Below, in pieces: positions 42,601 through 54,431 of a stretch of DNA of 64,000 bases (positions are counted from its first letter, which is position 1; each line of letters starts with the position of its first letter). The DNA lies in assembly GCA_965644295.1 (NCBI GenBank), contig CBFFRP010000231.1, positions 1 through 64,000 of the forward strand, in the 5' to 3' direction. Position numbers and translations under genes: made by a program. The stretch is from Paraphysomonas bandaiensis. Its lineage: Eukaryota; Protista; Chrysophyceae. Below the pieces are notes generated by a model. That model made no database searches. It was given only the letters and a program-made list of their open reading frames with translations, and was not told the DNA's origin.

Positions 42601-45600
42601 CCTCACTGTTCGTAATACTGCCAGCAAAAAATGGAGCACCATCAGATCAACGGTTCGACTCAGTTCTGGTGTGCATCGATGGGAAGTAATTATTGACAGG
42701 TGCGCAGCATGTATATCACAAAATGATTAATCATAAACACAAATGCAAGGTGTATATCGAAGAATATATTTATTGGGGTTGTGGGGCCTGAGGCAAGGTC
42801 CGATAACTATGTGGGCTGTGACAAGTAAGTATAGCGTAATATGAATGTAGTTATATCATGCTGATATAGATATGGCTGGGCATTCCTTGCAAACCGTGCG
42901 ATTTGGCATAACAAGGGTAAAATGAAGGCTTATGGGGAACTATTCAGAACCGGCGATATGGTCACTGTGACACTTGATATCGACCAGGGTTAGTATCACT
43001 GAAGTGTACAGGAATATGTGACTGACACTAGACGGATAGGTACTCTTGCATTTGCGATAAATGGAAAAGACTTGGGTATTGCGGTCGATGGTCTGGTCGG
43101 TCCCCTGTACCCAGCATTCTCTCTGTACAATGAAGACGACCAACTTTCACTATCACCTCCACGGCAACCATCTGTAGAGTCGGATGCATTTTCGGGGAGT
43201 CGATGGGGAACTAGCAGTGCGGAGCGTGTAATGCTGCGGTAGGAGTTGAAGTGCAGTGTGAAGTTAGTCCGCAATGACGATAGTTTTGTAGGATTGAAGC
43301 TGTTCAGTCGATGCTACGCCACGTTGTGTTGTCCAGACAGGAGACATCTCCAAACAACAATGAGTATTTGGTGGTGGGTTTGAATAACCCGCAGTTAGTA
43401 ACAGAACTGTGCCGCCGGTGGACTCTTTGGCGCAGTGACGTTGGTCTGCGGTCATTTCGGGTAGACGGTGATGTTCTATCAGTTATCGTTTCTTCGTCAT
43501 CCTGTCTTGCATTTTCGGATAATAGGTATAAAAAAATCAAGTCTTGCTTGTACTGTCATAAGATGTTTCATAAGATATTGTCCTGGTGATGTTATTCAAT
43601 GGGAAAATTCGCAACTAACAGTCGTTGGAGTGGGGCGTCATCGGTTATGGATGCAGAAAACAGGCAATGGTATTGATAATTCAATGTATTTTTCGATGTA
43701 ATTGATATGTTTAGGTGATATTGTTGGATTTTCTCGTGATACGATTCAGCAATTGAATAGCAAGAATGCTCTGAGAATTGTACGCAAGAGTAATTTGTAT
43801 AAAGCGACAATGAAACGTAAGTTCACGAAAAATATACTCTGTATGTTAATGGTATCGGCAGTGTCTCAGACCGACTTAAAGAGCATGTCTCTCACCCAAG
43901 TTCACGAACTACAAGTGCAAGATGTAAATGGAAAGAATATCATTCTGTCAGGAGAATCTCTCGAAGAGGATGATGTCATGAGGCGTGCTCTGTTAGCCGA
44001 AGGAATTACTTGGACTCGTGAAGATGATCTGACTCTTGTTGAGGTATATGCTACTTGTTAGTTCGTAAGTATATTCTGTCACGTTTTTCATTATGCAGTG
44101 GCTGGATATACGTGGAAGAGTAGTGGGATCTCACCCACTAAACCTCAAACTCCATGACGTTATCTCCCCCGAAGCTGCAGTCAATACAGTGATAAAAATG
44201 CACCGAGGCGGTCGTATCAACGGCGTCGCAGCATCCCGCTTCATCGAGAAATTTGGAGGGCTTGCAAAGAGACACTCGACCTTAAGTATTCAGCTTCGTT
44301 CCCTTTTTCTCATTCATTTGAATGATACTCTCTCACCCTTGTTGCCTTTGGTATTTGAGACCGGGGATTCGCACGGCTCTTTTTGTGCCAACGAGTGTGA
44401 TGTTATGGCGCCTCTGAGTGTGCTGATTTCTAATCATCGAGAATTGATTCTTGCAGAGGTATATCGAATTTATCCAAGTAATATTACTTGACTAATTTGT
44501 TTCGCTGTGCAGGTTAAAGTTGCATTTGGGTTTAGACTCGGGTGGTCGACAGCAGCAGCTTATGGCACTCAAAGTGTTCTCACGCGATCCAGCAGTAGCT
44601 CTGCTGGTAAATCAGATTCATCAAAGCCGACGGAATCATCTTCTTCCATGCCCCGCGTCGTATATTCGGTTGCACCATGTGAGCTACCACTTCTCCCTCA
44701 AAAGCCTGTCGCCAGAGAAGCTATGCGGACTTCCGCGAGCGCGTCACATATTGACAAAGATGGTAGTCGTAAACATCATTGTGGACAATCTCCTGAAGAA
44801 TACTCATCTTGTTTTGTACACTGGTCATCGATCTCTAGTGCTGCAGCTATTGTTCCCGCAGTAGATATTGTTATTAGCGAGTCAAAGCTGCTCGTATCTA
44901 CTATATTTAAATTGGCTCGGAGTAAATCAAAAGATAGCATATATGGTGATGACTGCAGGTATATTACGTTTTTATATATTTTCGTTTTCTTATGTATGGG
45001 CTGTCAGATGGAAGCTTTTGGCTGCCTATCAAAGTAGCTATATTGGGCAGATGATGCAGAATTTTGAATGCAGTGAGCAGTACTATACCCAACTACATCC
45101 ACCGCTTACCAGCAATGGTGCTGAAGTTTCTAGGAGATCAGGTGAGGGAACGTGGGATACCATCATACGCAGTGTTCATCGCGGGGGGATGTTTTGGGAG
45201 GACTATATACCACCCAAAGCACGCTCCATTCCAATTAGAATTCGTAGCAAGCAACCTCGAGCTCCACTTGATGACTACTCATCCAGAGTTTTAAGGCTAT
45301 TATGCTTGAATGATATACATGATGCGTTCGAAAGTAGCAGTCGTATAAGCATGTCGTCCTCCTCAGCAGCAACATCAGATTGGTTGATGTTACAGGCCTT
45401 TGTTGCTGATGCTATGGCTGAGGTAAAAGCAACACGCCTTCGTCATTTCTTATATTGATGTATTTTTGCCAGGTTCAAGCGTTGCTTCAGTCGAAATCTT
45501 TGAATTCATTGAGTAGAGAAGATTCCACAAGTAGTGTCAGCATAGATGTCCTCTCTGATATTTTATGTGGAAGGAAGTCTGACAACAAAGAAGCGGGTCT

Positions 45601-46457
45601 TCTGAATATGCTGCTTCAAATAATGCACGGCACAGGTATACATATATGTATCATGTGTATGCTGAGCTGATTGATATATCAGGTGTGGTCCTTGGGGTTG
45701 CTCTACGATCTGGCTTAACAGTGACTACCGAAATGCCAAATTATTTTTGGTCTGTATTGTCCAACAATATTTCTAACCGAGGGACATATACGTTAGACAC
45801 CGACAATGAAATGATTGCCAACGTTCGAGAATCTCTAGCTAGGGCAATGCGACACGGAATAACTTCATGTGTTCCAGAGGTAGGAGTGTGAATCTGAGTC
45901 AACTAATACATAAGTGAATTAATAGTAATTGTATCAGGCGTTTCTAGATATTCTTGGTGAAGAAGAACTTCGAACTTTGCTTACTCAAGGGGGTACCCTG
46001 AATGTGGAACACCTCCGGGAAAATGCAGTTTGTAAAGCTCCACTCACACGTACCTCGAAACGAATTGAGGTAAATTATAGTTTGATACATGCAATTTCGT
46101 GTGATTGTTGTATACATCTAGATGTTTTGGGCAGCCATGGGTGATTTGCCAAAGATTCTCACGATGAGGCTACTTCAAGCCGTATGGAGCACAGCCTCCA
46201 CTGAATCAGATACTGACGATATTCCGGAAGAGATGTTCCACTGGAAAGGCACCAACCACACCCTGAGACCGCTTACTCTTGCTGACTGGGCGGAATTCCC
46301 CGGTCATTCTACTAGTGATTTGATAGATAAAGACAGCTCTAGATGTGATTTTCAATCAATTTTCATAAACACAGAGTTACAGACTATATATATTCCTAAT
46401 TACTCCACTATCGCGATCATGCAGGGCAATTTGAGAAGTTGTATTGAAAGCTTGTAA
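27645..46457 (+). CDS. Giant HERC-like protein: RCC1 repeats, acidic tract, LamG-like region, SPRY, UBA, FN3-like, second SPRY, degenerate HECT; many introns
   Basis: RCC1 (FGKADHGKLGHGD, VACGLGH, WGNGGNGRLGLGD, YTWGHGDGGRLGHGD), SPRY (WFYECTLLSDGLMQIGWA, DVIGVLVD, LYPAVSL; GVHRWEV, LYPAFSLY), UBA (LIGMGFPVDWALRA) and HECT-like (GVVLGVALRSG, AMRHGI..VP, IYIPNYST) motifs. Confidence 0.85.
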
Positions 46458-46799
46458 TGTTATTGCAAAGTTGAATTCGCTCATTTACGAATTAAGACGC
46501 ATTGGCTGTCTCGAAGTGTAGATAATAATTCAATTCGAAATATTTGATACAGGGAATGCGTGGCGTATGATGCAGTTACCTATAGTATATCAATTAATTG
46601 AAATTTAACATCCTACAAGAATATATTTTTTAAAATAACTGTTATAATTCAGTTTTTCATAACAAGTGTCGCAATCTATAAGAAAGGTATTATCCTACAA
46701 CAATGAAGGGACAAGGGTTTCTGCAATCAAAAAATACGAATAACTCATTCAACACTGACTACATAAAACGAAAGTATATACGGTTATCGGAAAGTAAAG

Positions 46800-47873
46800 T
46801 CACCAGACAGTGTTGTTGGAGTATAATGCTACGAAGAGCTCGCTGACATTGGAAGTATTCTTGCCTATGGTCATCAGTCTGTTAATGGTTTTGTTCATAA
46901 CCCAGTTCGCTGCGTCACGCCTGTGCAAACTCCTAGCAAACATATACCGTCTCATGACCTCAATACCAACCATATTATGTAAATGAAAGAAATTTAACTT
47001 GTTTCTCAGACCCTTATAGCAAGATGCATGGAAAAGGTGAGCAGCCAGTCGTTCCCCATCACTTAAACCTCTCCATAAGCATCCGGTCGTTGGAAAAGAT
47101 TGGCCATCCAAAAATTTAATAGAGTTAAACTTTTTCGCCACTTCATTAAAACATCTCTGGTCATCTATCATTTTCTTTTTGCAGGTAGAATACATATTCT
47201 TGAATAGCTTGATAGTTGACTTCGAGCTCTTGACATAATAGAACCCCGTATTCATGTTATCCACTGAATTACCGGATATAAATACACTATAATTTGAGTA
47301 GACTGAATTCAAAAACGTAGGAAATGGAGACTTTAATAACACTATATCTGCATCACACATTAAAACATTTGCACCAGCTGATAATAAACCACTTGTAGCT
47401 TTAGTAAGTGCTAATGTTCGTAGATTAAATCCGGTACTTCCGTACTCAAAATATTCATCATGTTTTGGTATATTTAATAAATGAAATATTTGTTGAGGAT
47501 AGTAGCATGCTAAGTGCATAGTATTACAGTAGTTTAATGCTATGGGGCTATAGACAACTATGAGATGTTGTATTTGTAGTAAAGGATTGAATTGAATACG
47601 TGAAATTGATAGAAGTAAATTCACTACAAATGGAAACATTTGACTATCTATTGATGTAAGTATGATGTGGTTGTTATATAGTGGTTTGTATTTATTCTGA
47701 TGGTTAGTGAGGAGTGAGGAGTCGAATGGTTGTATGGTGGAGGATAGTTGACTGGTATGTGTGTGGGGTGGTAGACATGAGGTGGAGTATATGCCTCCAG
47801 TGAAGAAGTCACATGAAGTTAGTGGGATATGAGTGATGCATAATATGGATATGAGGGAAGTGAGGAAGTACAT
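46800..47873 (-). CDS. Nucleotide-diphospho-sugar transferase, GT77-like, intronless
   Basis: Signal anchor, VLMCDADIVLLKSPF, NTGFYYVKS, DDQRCFN, HASC..G..NK. Confidence 0.85.
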   Translation of the reverse strand: MYFLTSLISILCITHIPLTSCDFFTGGIYSTSCLPPHTHTSQLSSTIQPFDSSLLTNHQNKYKPLYNNHIILTSIDSQMFPFVVNLLLSISRIQFNPLLQIQHLIVVYSPIALNYCNTMHLACYYPQQIFHLLNIPKHDEYFEYGSTGFNLRTLALTKATSGLLSAGANVLMCDADIVLLKSPFPTFLNSVYSNYSVFISGNSVDNMNTGFYYVKSSKSTIKLFKNMYSTCKKKMIDDQRCFNEVAKKFNSIKFLDGQSFPTTGCLWRGLSDGERLAAHLFHASCYKGLRNKLNFFHLHNMVGIEVMRRYMFARSLHRRDAANWVMNKTINRLMTIGKNTSNVSELFVALYSNNTVW

Positions 47874-48159
47874 TGGATTGGATGTGGTAGTAACCCTTGG
47901 AGATGTATTGGAAGTGAAGTTCTTTCGTCCACTTCTCTATGTATGAGACATGGTGGACCTCACACGGCAGCATATACATATATATATGTACTTATATACA
48001 TACAGCAGTGTACCTACCTACCTACAATAGTACATAGATATGTACATACATACTGCAGTACAGACATACATACATAAACACACCAGTACATACAAAGCTC
48101 TAGAGAGTGCACAGTATCAGCATAACCTTCCAGTGGACACCCCTTCAAACCTCCACCTC

Positions 48160-49719
48160 ATGAAGAACATAACACAATACACTGGCTGGCCTTCAGACAC
48201 TTCATTTTCCAATCACGAAGAAACCTTTACACCTTTTCTATCCAGAGGAATACACATAGACGGTCTCCAGTCCATCTCTGATCTCTCTGTCTACTGTAAA
48301 GGGGATAGTATCGATATATCATGTACTAAAACAGGAAATGAATTCAGTGGTGATGATAAGAAATGTGAATATGTATCATTACCAGCTGAATCGTATCTTG
48401 AAGGGTTTAGATGTATACAAAAGAATGAACATCATTGGCTGCATCAGATCAGTGATATACAGTTATATCTATCTCAGTTTGCTATCAATTTAAAAGATTC
48501 GAATGAATCTTCCTCTATTGGATATGATATTTCACAGCTGCCGTGTTTTCTGACATCCAGGAATATCCATCAAATAAACATATGGATGAATATGCATTCA
48601 GTGTCCAGTAGTCTTCATTATGATGGGAATCATAATATTCTGAACGTAATATGTGGCGAGAAGTCTGTTACACTTTTCCCACCGTCGTATACGCATTTAT
48701 TAGCTCCACATGGTGCTCATACTTCATCAGCTAATCACTCCACACTTTCTAGTTTGGACGTGGGGTCGTCACTTCGTTCACTGGACGGTATACTGCGAGT
48801 GACACTGAGTGCTGGGGATGCTCTGTTTATTCCTGAGGGATGGTGGCATCAAGTCACCTCTGAAAGGGGTACCTGTGCGGTGAACATTTGGTTTCGCAGT
48901 CTATGGCACAGATTACTGAAGAATAGTGTCATGGCTCCGTACTTTCTTCGTTGCGCGGCTGCGGAGATCCTGCGTCAACATGTTCCATCGTCAAGCCTAG
49001 CTCCTGGAAATGAAATCATTGAGTTGAACCTCGTAAATCAGATGTCAATAGAGGAAGTTGGAAAAGTATTTGCGAGGTCTACCATAGACCAGATGTGGGA
49101 TGTTTGGGTACCATACTCAATTCAGGTGCGATTTGCCCATGCGATTGTTAAGGTCCACTAAGTGTTTGGTGTACACAGCACAAAGAAACCTGGCCAAGAG
49201 TTTTGCTATCACTAGGGCCATCAGATTGTCACCGCCTGGCCAGTACTTGGGAAACTGAAGACAGTGCCAAGCACAATGAAAAATCCAGGTAATGTAGGCT
49301 TGGTATCGTGTAGTCTATCTTCAAGTCTGTATTCTATCTGCTATGGAAGTCAGTGATGTTTTCATATTTAGGGGAGTCAAGGAGCTCTGCGAGCAGTTAT
49401 TTATGTCACACGATCCTGATAGGCGGAATGTAGCCATGCAGGTAGGCAATGTGCACTCTAACGAAGCGAATAGGCGGGGTAATTGCTATTGCTGATGCAG
49501 ATACGGAATCATATCATTTGTGGTCAAAATGATTATCTACATAGTGTGGCTGCTAGAACGGTAAATAGAGTATTGGGATGGACCCAATCGAACGACAAGG
49601 AGCTTTCTTCCAGAACTGTGCGTAAATCAAATCAACTTAGGAAAAAGAGAAAGAGCAAACTTTTTATGGGATATCACTCCAGGAAGCCCAAGCGTAGGCA
49701 ATGTCTTAGAAGTGTTTAA
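48160..49719 (+). CDS. JmjC (cupin-like 8) 2-oxoglutarate/Fe(II) oxygenase, multi-exon
   Basis: INIWMN, SSLHYDGNHNIL..ICGEKSVTLFPP and GDALFIPEGWWHQV give the HxD...H triad. Start codon is uncertain. Confidence 0.88.
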
Positions 49720-49963
49720 GCTTTTTTATAAATATTTGTATTTTATATATTACCAATATGAGAACTATTACATACTACATACTTCTCACTGATGCTATGT
49801 TCACTTATATCAAGTCTAATTTTGGGTAGATTCACTCATATGAACACGGCAGTAATAGCTTCACAGCAAAGTGAAAGGTCAACGAGTATTAAATGCTGTC
49901 AGAAGTGATAGTTTATTATTTATTATACAGTGGTATTTCTGAAGCATATCATACACTGTACTA

Positions 49964-52105
49964 TTAACTTATACTAAGCGTAAGACATGCTGACACGAAG
50001 TTGTGGTCGCTCAATCTCGTCCTTAACACTCTATATCCGCCCAACTTCATCGAGGAAACACCTACATGTACCCCACTATCATTCTTACTTTTCAATGGAG
50101 GCAAAAGAATCCAATCTATTCGTGTGTCGAATCTGCATGTACTGACAGGATTGTCATCCACAGCATTATTATCTAATAGAACTCCAGTATCGCTATACAA
50201 TTCGTCGGACTTAGCTTTAGATTCTAGTCTGGCATCACGAAATCCCAAATTATCCAGCAGGTAATCCATCAGACGAGACTCAGGAGGAACCCAGTGACCT
50301 CTACAAGCAATAGTCATTTAGCAACATTAATTCACTTCCACATACATGATTAATATAACACGTAACTGCCATAAATATTATCACTTACACAAAAATGTGT
50401 AAATAAATACAGCAGAGAAAACTTCTAAAAGTCATACATGGAAGAGATACCTTTCACGGACATCTGCAATATCAGCCCACTTTGTACTTGAATAATCTTT
50501 CCGGCGCAAGGCATTGAGATCACCCAATATAATACAGTCCCTCCCAACCTACCGAAGAAGAATACTAAAATAAAGCAAAATAGCATAGTACATTCCCACC
50601 GTATTGAGTACTTGGCGCATTTGCTCAATGCGGTCTTTCTCATGCACATGGCTGAGATGAGTGCCAACAATGACCATCGCTACTCCATTCAATGAAACTT
50701 CCGCAACAGCAGCACTACGCATTTCTGTTCCTTTGCTGCGGGCTTGCACTTGTTTTGTTGATATCACAGGAAGTTTAGTCAGAAGTGCATTCCCAGTGTA
50801 GTCGGCACCGGCGTAAACCATTTTCCATGGTCCACCTTTTTTACGAAGAAGACGACATATATCTTTCGCTAATTCGTGTGAGGCTTCGTTCAAGCATATC
50901 ACATCCACCCTACTTTCTTGTATCATTTTCGCAAAAGCATCACAATTCAATCGACGATTATTCACGTTAAACGTAGCTACTCGAAACTGATACGTTGGGG
51001 TTATGGGAGAAATGATGATATTACTAGGACGAGCAAATGGATAGACCCTCAAAAGTACGAAATCTTCACGAGGTGATGTTACCACTGGTGTTCCGTACGC
51101 AGAAAGAGAGGCACAGGTGTCACAGCTTCGATCGTAACATGGTACCCCATTGAGTATACCACTGAGATGGCCTCCAGGAAACAACAGCATCTCCTCTCTA
51201 CTATCACTACACACTCCAACACAATTGACGGCTGGTACACGTCGAAGCGACCGGGATGCCTCATACAGTTCTGTCGAAACAGGCTCCACAGTGTACTGGA
51301 GAAGGCTTTGCTGGTGATACTCATCCAATTTATCAAGGAACTCACTGAACCCTATGCGGCTTTGCATTTGCACAATAGTCACCTCTTGACATCCCCGCGA
51401 AACAAAATTCCTGTTAAACACAATTAATACATAGATACAATGAATCTTAACTCACAAAATAATATTCGCCAAGGCACTTAAAGAAGGGGTGTAGACCAAC
51501 TCTGAGCCAACAAGGACGTCGTACTGGGATATCATTTCGCTTTCATCACACATCCAGTCTAATTTCTCAACTCTAATATTCAGCGAGTTTTTATCTGTGT
51601 CTTTTAAAGTATCGTCAGAGGATAACGTCTGAAAAGGTGTAAACTGTCTTGCAATATTCGTAGACAAATGATTGAGTACTTCATCATCATTATCTGTAAA
51701 GCATACATGCCCCTGAACTGGCGTATTATGAACGGATGCATGTATCTGCTTCATAGTTGCTGTTACTAGACCAGGAATACCTATACCACTCCCTAACTCC
51801 AATACACTCTTATGTATATATCGCTCTGCATTAAGTAATATATAAGTAGATAATATTCCCGCTGCCTCCCATACATGCCCTCCTACAGCTCCCATTACCC
51901 CATCTCCCATCCATTCACTGAATAATATCCTCATGTTACCATTATATATACAGTGTATTTCATTATAATTCATTCCATAGGGAGGTTTGTATATATACTG
52001 CTGAGAGACATGTTTGTGGGGGATGGAGCAGTCGTTGCTTGACCTCTGGGTGTCATCCATATCCGCCATATCCCAGAAAGTATCCGTAAGATCTGTTTGA
52101 TTCAT
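49964..52105 (-). CDS. METTL21/EEF1A-KMT-like lysine methyltransferase fused to an EEP (endonuclease/exonuclease/phosphatase) domain
   Basis: MTase motifs GGHVWEAA, VLELGSGIGIPG, FTD, LDW and GSELVY. EEP motifs VATFNV, DVICLNE, GNALLTK, GTHL, GDLN, TCRFDTRIDWI and SDHNFV. Confidence 0.75.
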
Positions 52106-52539
52106 TGGAATTGAATGTTTGTATATGTGGGTGATTATATATGAGCATATACCAACATGCATGTGGAAATAGGGAGGAAATGTACAGGAAAAATATATAT
52201 GGACATACAGCAGTACAGCAGTACAGCAGTACATACATGTATGTATGATACAGGTACAGTGTACTGTTTTTTGCATAAAACCCCCAATTTGTGTATAATC
52301 CCCCAATTTATGTAGAAATCTATAGTATGTACATGTAGTGCTGTATTATGTACAGAGAGCATGCCATGATGTGATTGTATACGGTACAGTACAGTACGGT
52401 ACGGTACGGTACGTAGGAATTCCCGGATGGATTTTTTGAATCGAGAAGAAGGAGGAAGTGGAAGCCTGTGTGTGTGTCTCTCATTATCAGCCGGAGGGCT
52501 GCTCAACCCCGACAATCTTTAGCTCCATATAAAGTTAAG

Positions 52540-54423
52540 ATGAACAATCCGAAGAACGAACTCGATGCTGTCGAGAAAGAGATCAATGAAACTAAAGCCC
52601 GTCTCAGGAAAGCTAAAGCTGAACTCAGCGAAGCTAAAGCTGAACTCAGCGAAGCTAAAGCTGAACTCAGCGAAGCTAAAGCTGAACGCAGGGACGCTAA
52701 AGCTAGTCTCGATAAAGCAATAGAAGATGGTGATATCAAACGAAAAGATAGACTGGAAGAATATATTTTGAATATCCAGGGACAAATCTCGAATATCCAG
52801 GGACAAATCTCGAATATCCAGGGACAAATCTCGAATATCCAGGGACAAATCTCGAATATCCAGGGACAAATCTCGAATATCCAGGGACAAATCTCGAATA
52901 TCGAGGGACAAATTATGGAACTCCAGAAGAAGGAAAACAGACTGGCAGATATCAGTATCCAAATCCCTCTATCTTCGTTACGTATCTCTAAGAATGTGGA
53001 AGTGACCGAAAAATGCCAAAAAACTTCTTCCACGTTTTGTAGCACTGCGCCAAGTGGATTTGGCTTTTTGCCCACATCAGTTAGATTTGACCCCACTTAT
53101 TACAAGTTAGAGCATAGTTTACATTGTCGTCTGGTTCCAACTGATGAAGAAGTGTCACAAGCCCCTCGGCTAAGACTCTATGGAGAGAAAATGGGACTGC
53201 AAACATGGGGTGAAACTGAATCCGGTGAAGTGCATCAGCAATTTTCAGCTGTGGAGTGTATGTATAAAGGCGTTCAGGACAATGGACAAACAAAGCTGAG
53301 CTCCCGGGGACTTTCTGATGGTATTGCTGCCCCCGCCTCTTACGAAGATTCTCATCATTGCTTTGGGAATTATATCTTGTCTGACATTGAACATAAAAGC
53401 GCAGCATCGTCCGCGATGCCCGCAGTCGCGCAAGCTGCAGTAACTGCAACTAATATTGCAATGAAATTGTTAAGCGATGGCGTTCCGAGTAGTGAATGCT
53501 TAGTTCCAGTCATTGGAAATACCGGTTTATCATTTGTCGCCGGAGTGACTATTGTACTGGACGAGTCCTTCCCGACGTATATCCCCCTCAGCAAACACTT
53601 GGACCTCTCGGATCCTGTGGAGAGGCAGATTGCCTCCGCCTATATCGCGAAAGCTAGTGCACACTGCGAGAAACTCTACGAATTACTTCAGAACATTAAA
53701 CCTTCAAGTTTTGTGCTTGCACCCCTTCGGCTTGATGTTGATGGTACATACTATATAAAGACGTTGTCTCCTGATGTATATAAACGTGGGCTGGGTTTGT
53801 TTGCCGTGAACCATGCAGATCATCGTGACATAGAGAAGGGCATTCACCACATGATCGAATCTCTTAACCTGGTGTACGCATCTCCCGAGTCTCGCCCCTT
53901 CGCGGAGTATCCGTTGTCTATTCGTACACCTGATAAGCAGTCTGATGAGTGTTATCAGCTAATATACAGAGACCTGACGAAGCTTGGTTTCCGGATTGGA
54001 GCCCCAAATCGAATCACAAACGAAGCTGTTTATGATTTATATGTGAAAGCCTTGACTGAAGCGGTTGAGAGCATTCACAGAGCCGGGGTGATTCATGTGG
54101 ATCTCTACTTGTCTAATGTTATGTGGCTACATAATGAACACGCTGGTGTGGTCGAGATTAAAATTATTGACTGGGATGCATCTCATTGCCTTGATGAAAG
54201 AAAATTCGTGGAAAATGTTAACAGTGCACTAATTGAGTATATTGGGCGCGAGAATTTACATTTTGGAGTTGAGCATGATCGCCTCTACCTTGCGGTGCTT
54301 TCCTTGGACAAGGATAAATATTCAACGCAATGGCAACACTTGGCCAGCAACCAGAAAGGTATGATAGACTCTACGTTTAGAGAACTGTTAGCGGTTGTCC
54401 TTTTTTCCGAAAGGGCAGTTTAA
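52540..54423 (+). CDS. Intronless coiled-coil + PD-(D/E)XK nuclease-like + protein kinase-like protein (Crinkler/CR-effector-like)
   Basis: Heptad repeats, then GLSDG...DIEHK...AVAQA (REase-like), then kinase motifs IHRAGVIHVDLYLSNVMW and IKIIDWD. Confidence 0.7.
   Translation: MNNPKNELDAVEKEINETKARLRKAKAELSEAKAELSEAKAELSEAKAERRDAKASLDKAIEDGDIKRKDRLEEYILNIQGQISNIQGQISNIQGQISNIQGQISNIQGQISNIQGQISNIEGQIMELQKKENRLADISIQIPLSSLRISKNVEVTEKCQKTSSTFCSTAPSGFGFLPTSVRFDPTYYKLEHSLHCRLVPTDEEVSQAPRLRLYGEKMGLQTWGETESGEVHQQFSAVECMYKGVQDNGQTKLSSRGLSDGIAAPASYEDSHHCFGNYILSDIEHKSAASSAMPAVAQAAVTATNIAMKLLSDGVPSSECLVPVIGNTGLSFVAGVTIVLDESFPTYIPLSKHLDLSDPVERQIASAYIAKASAHCEKLYELLQNIKPSSFVLAPLRLDVDGTYYIKTLSPDVYKRGLGLFAVNHADHRDIEKGIHHMIESLNLVYASPESRPFAEYPLSIRTPDKQSDECYQLIYRDLTKLGFRIGAPNRITNEAVYDLYVKALTEAVESIHRAGVIHVDLYLSNVMWLHNEHAGVVEIKIIDWDASHCLDERKFVENVNSALIEYIGRENLHFGVEHDRLYLAVLSLDKDKYSTQWQHLASNQKGMIDSTFRELLAVVLFSERAV
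52612..52913 (+). repeat. Two coding 21-bp tandem arrays (AKAELSE x~3; NIQGQIS x~6.5)
   Basis: Units GCTAAAGCTGAACTCAGCGAA and GAATATCCAGGGACAAATCTC are directly visible. Confidence 0.95.
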
Positions 54424-54431
54424 TTTAACAC

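Noticed and set aside
52503-53096. Antisense ORFs with CPWIFEI / LSLDIRD repeats; superficially array-like
   Set aside because: Antisense of the 21-bp coding repeats. There are no unique spacers, so this is not a CRISPR array.
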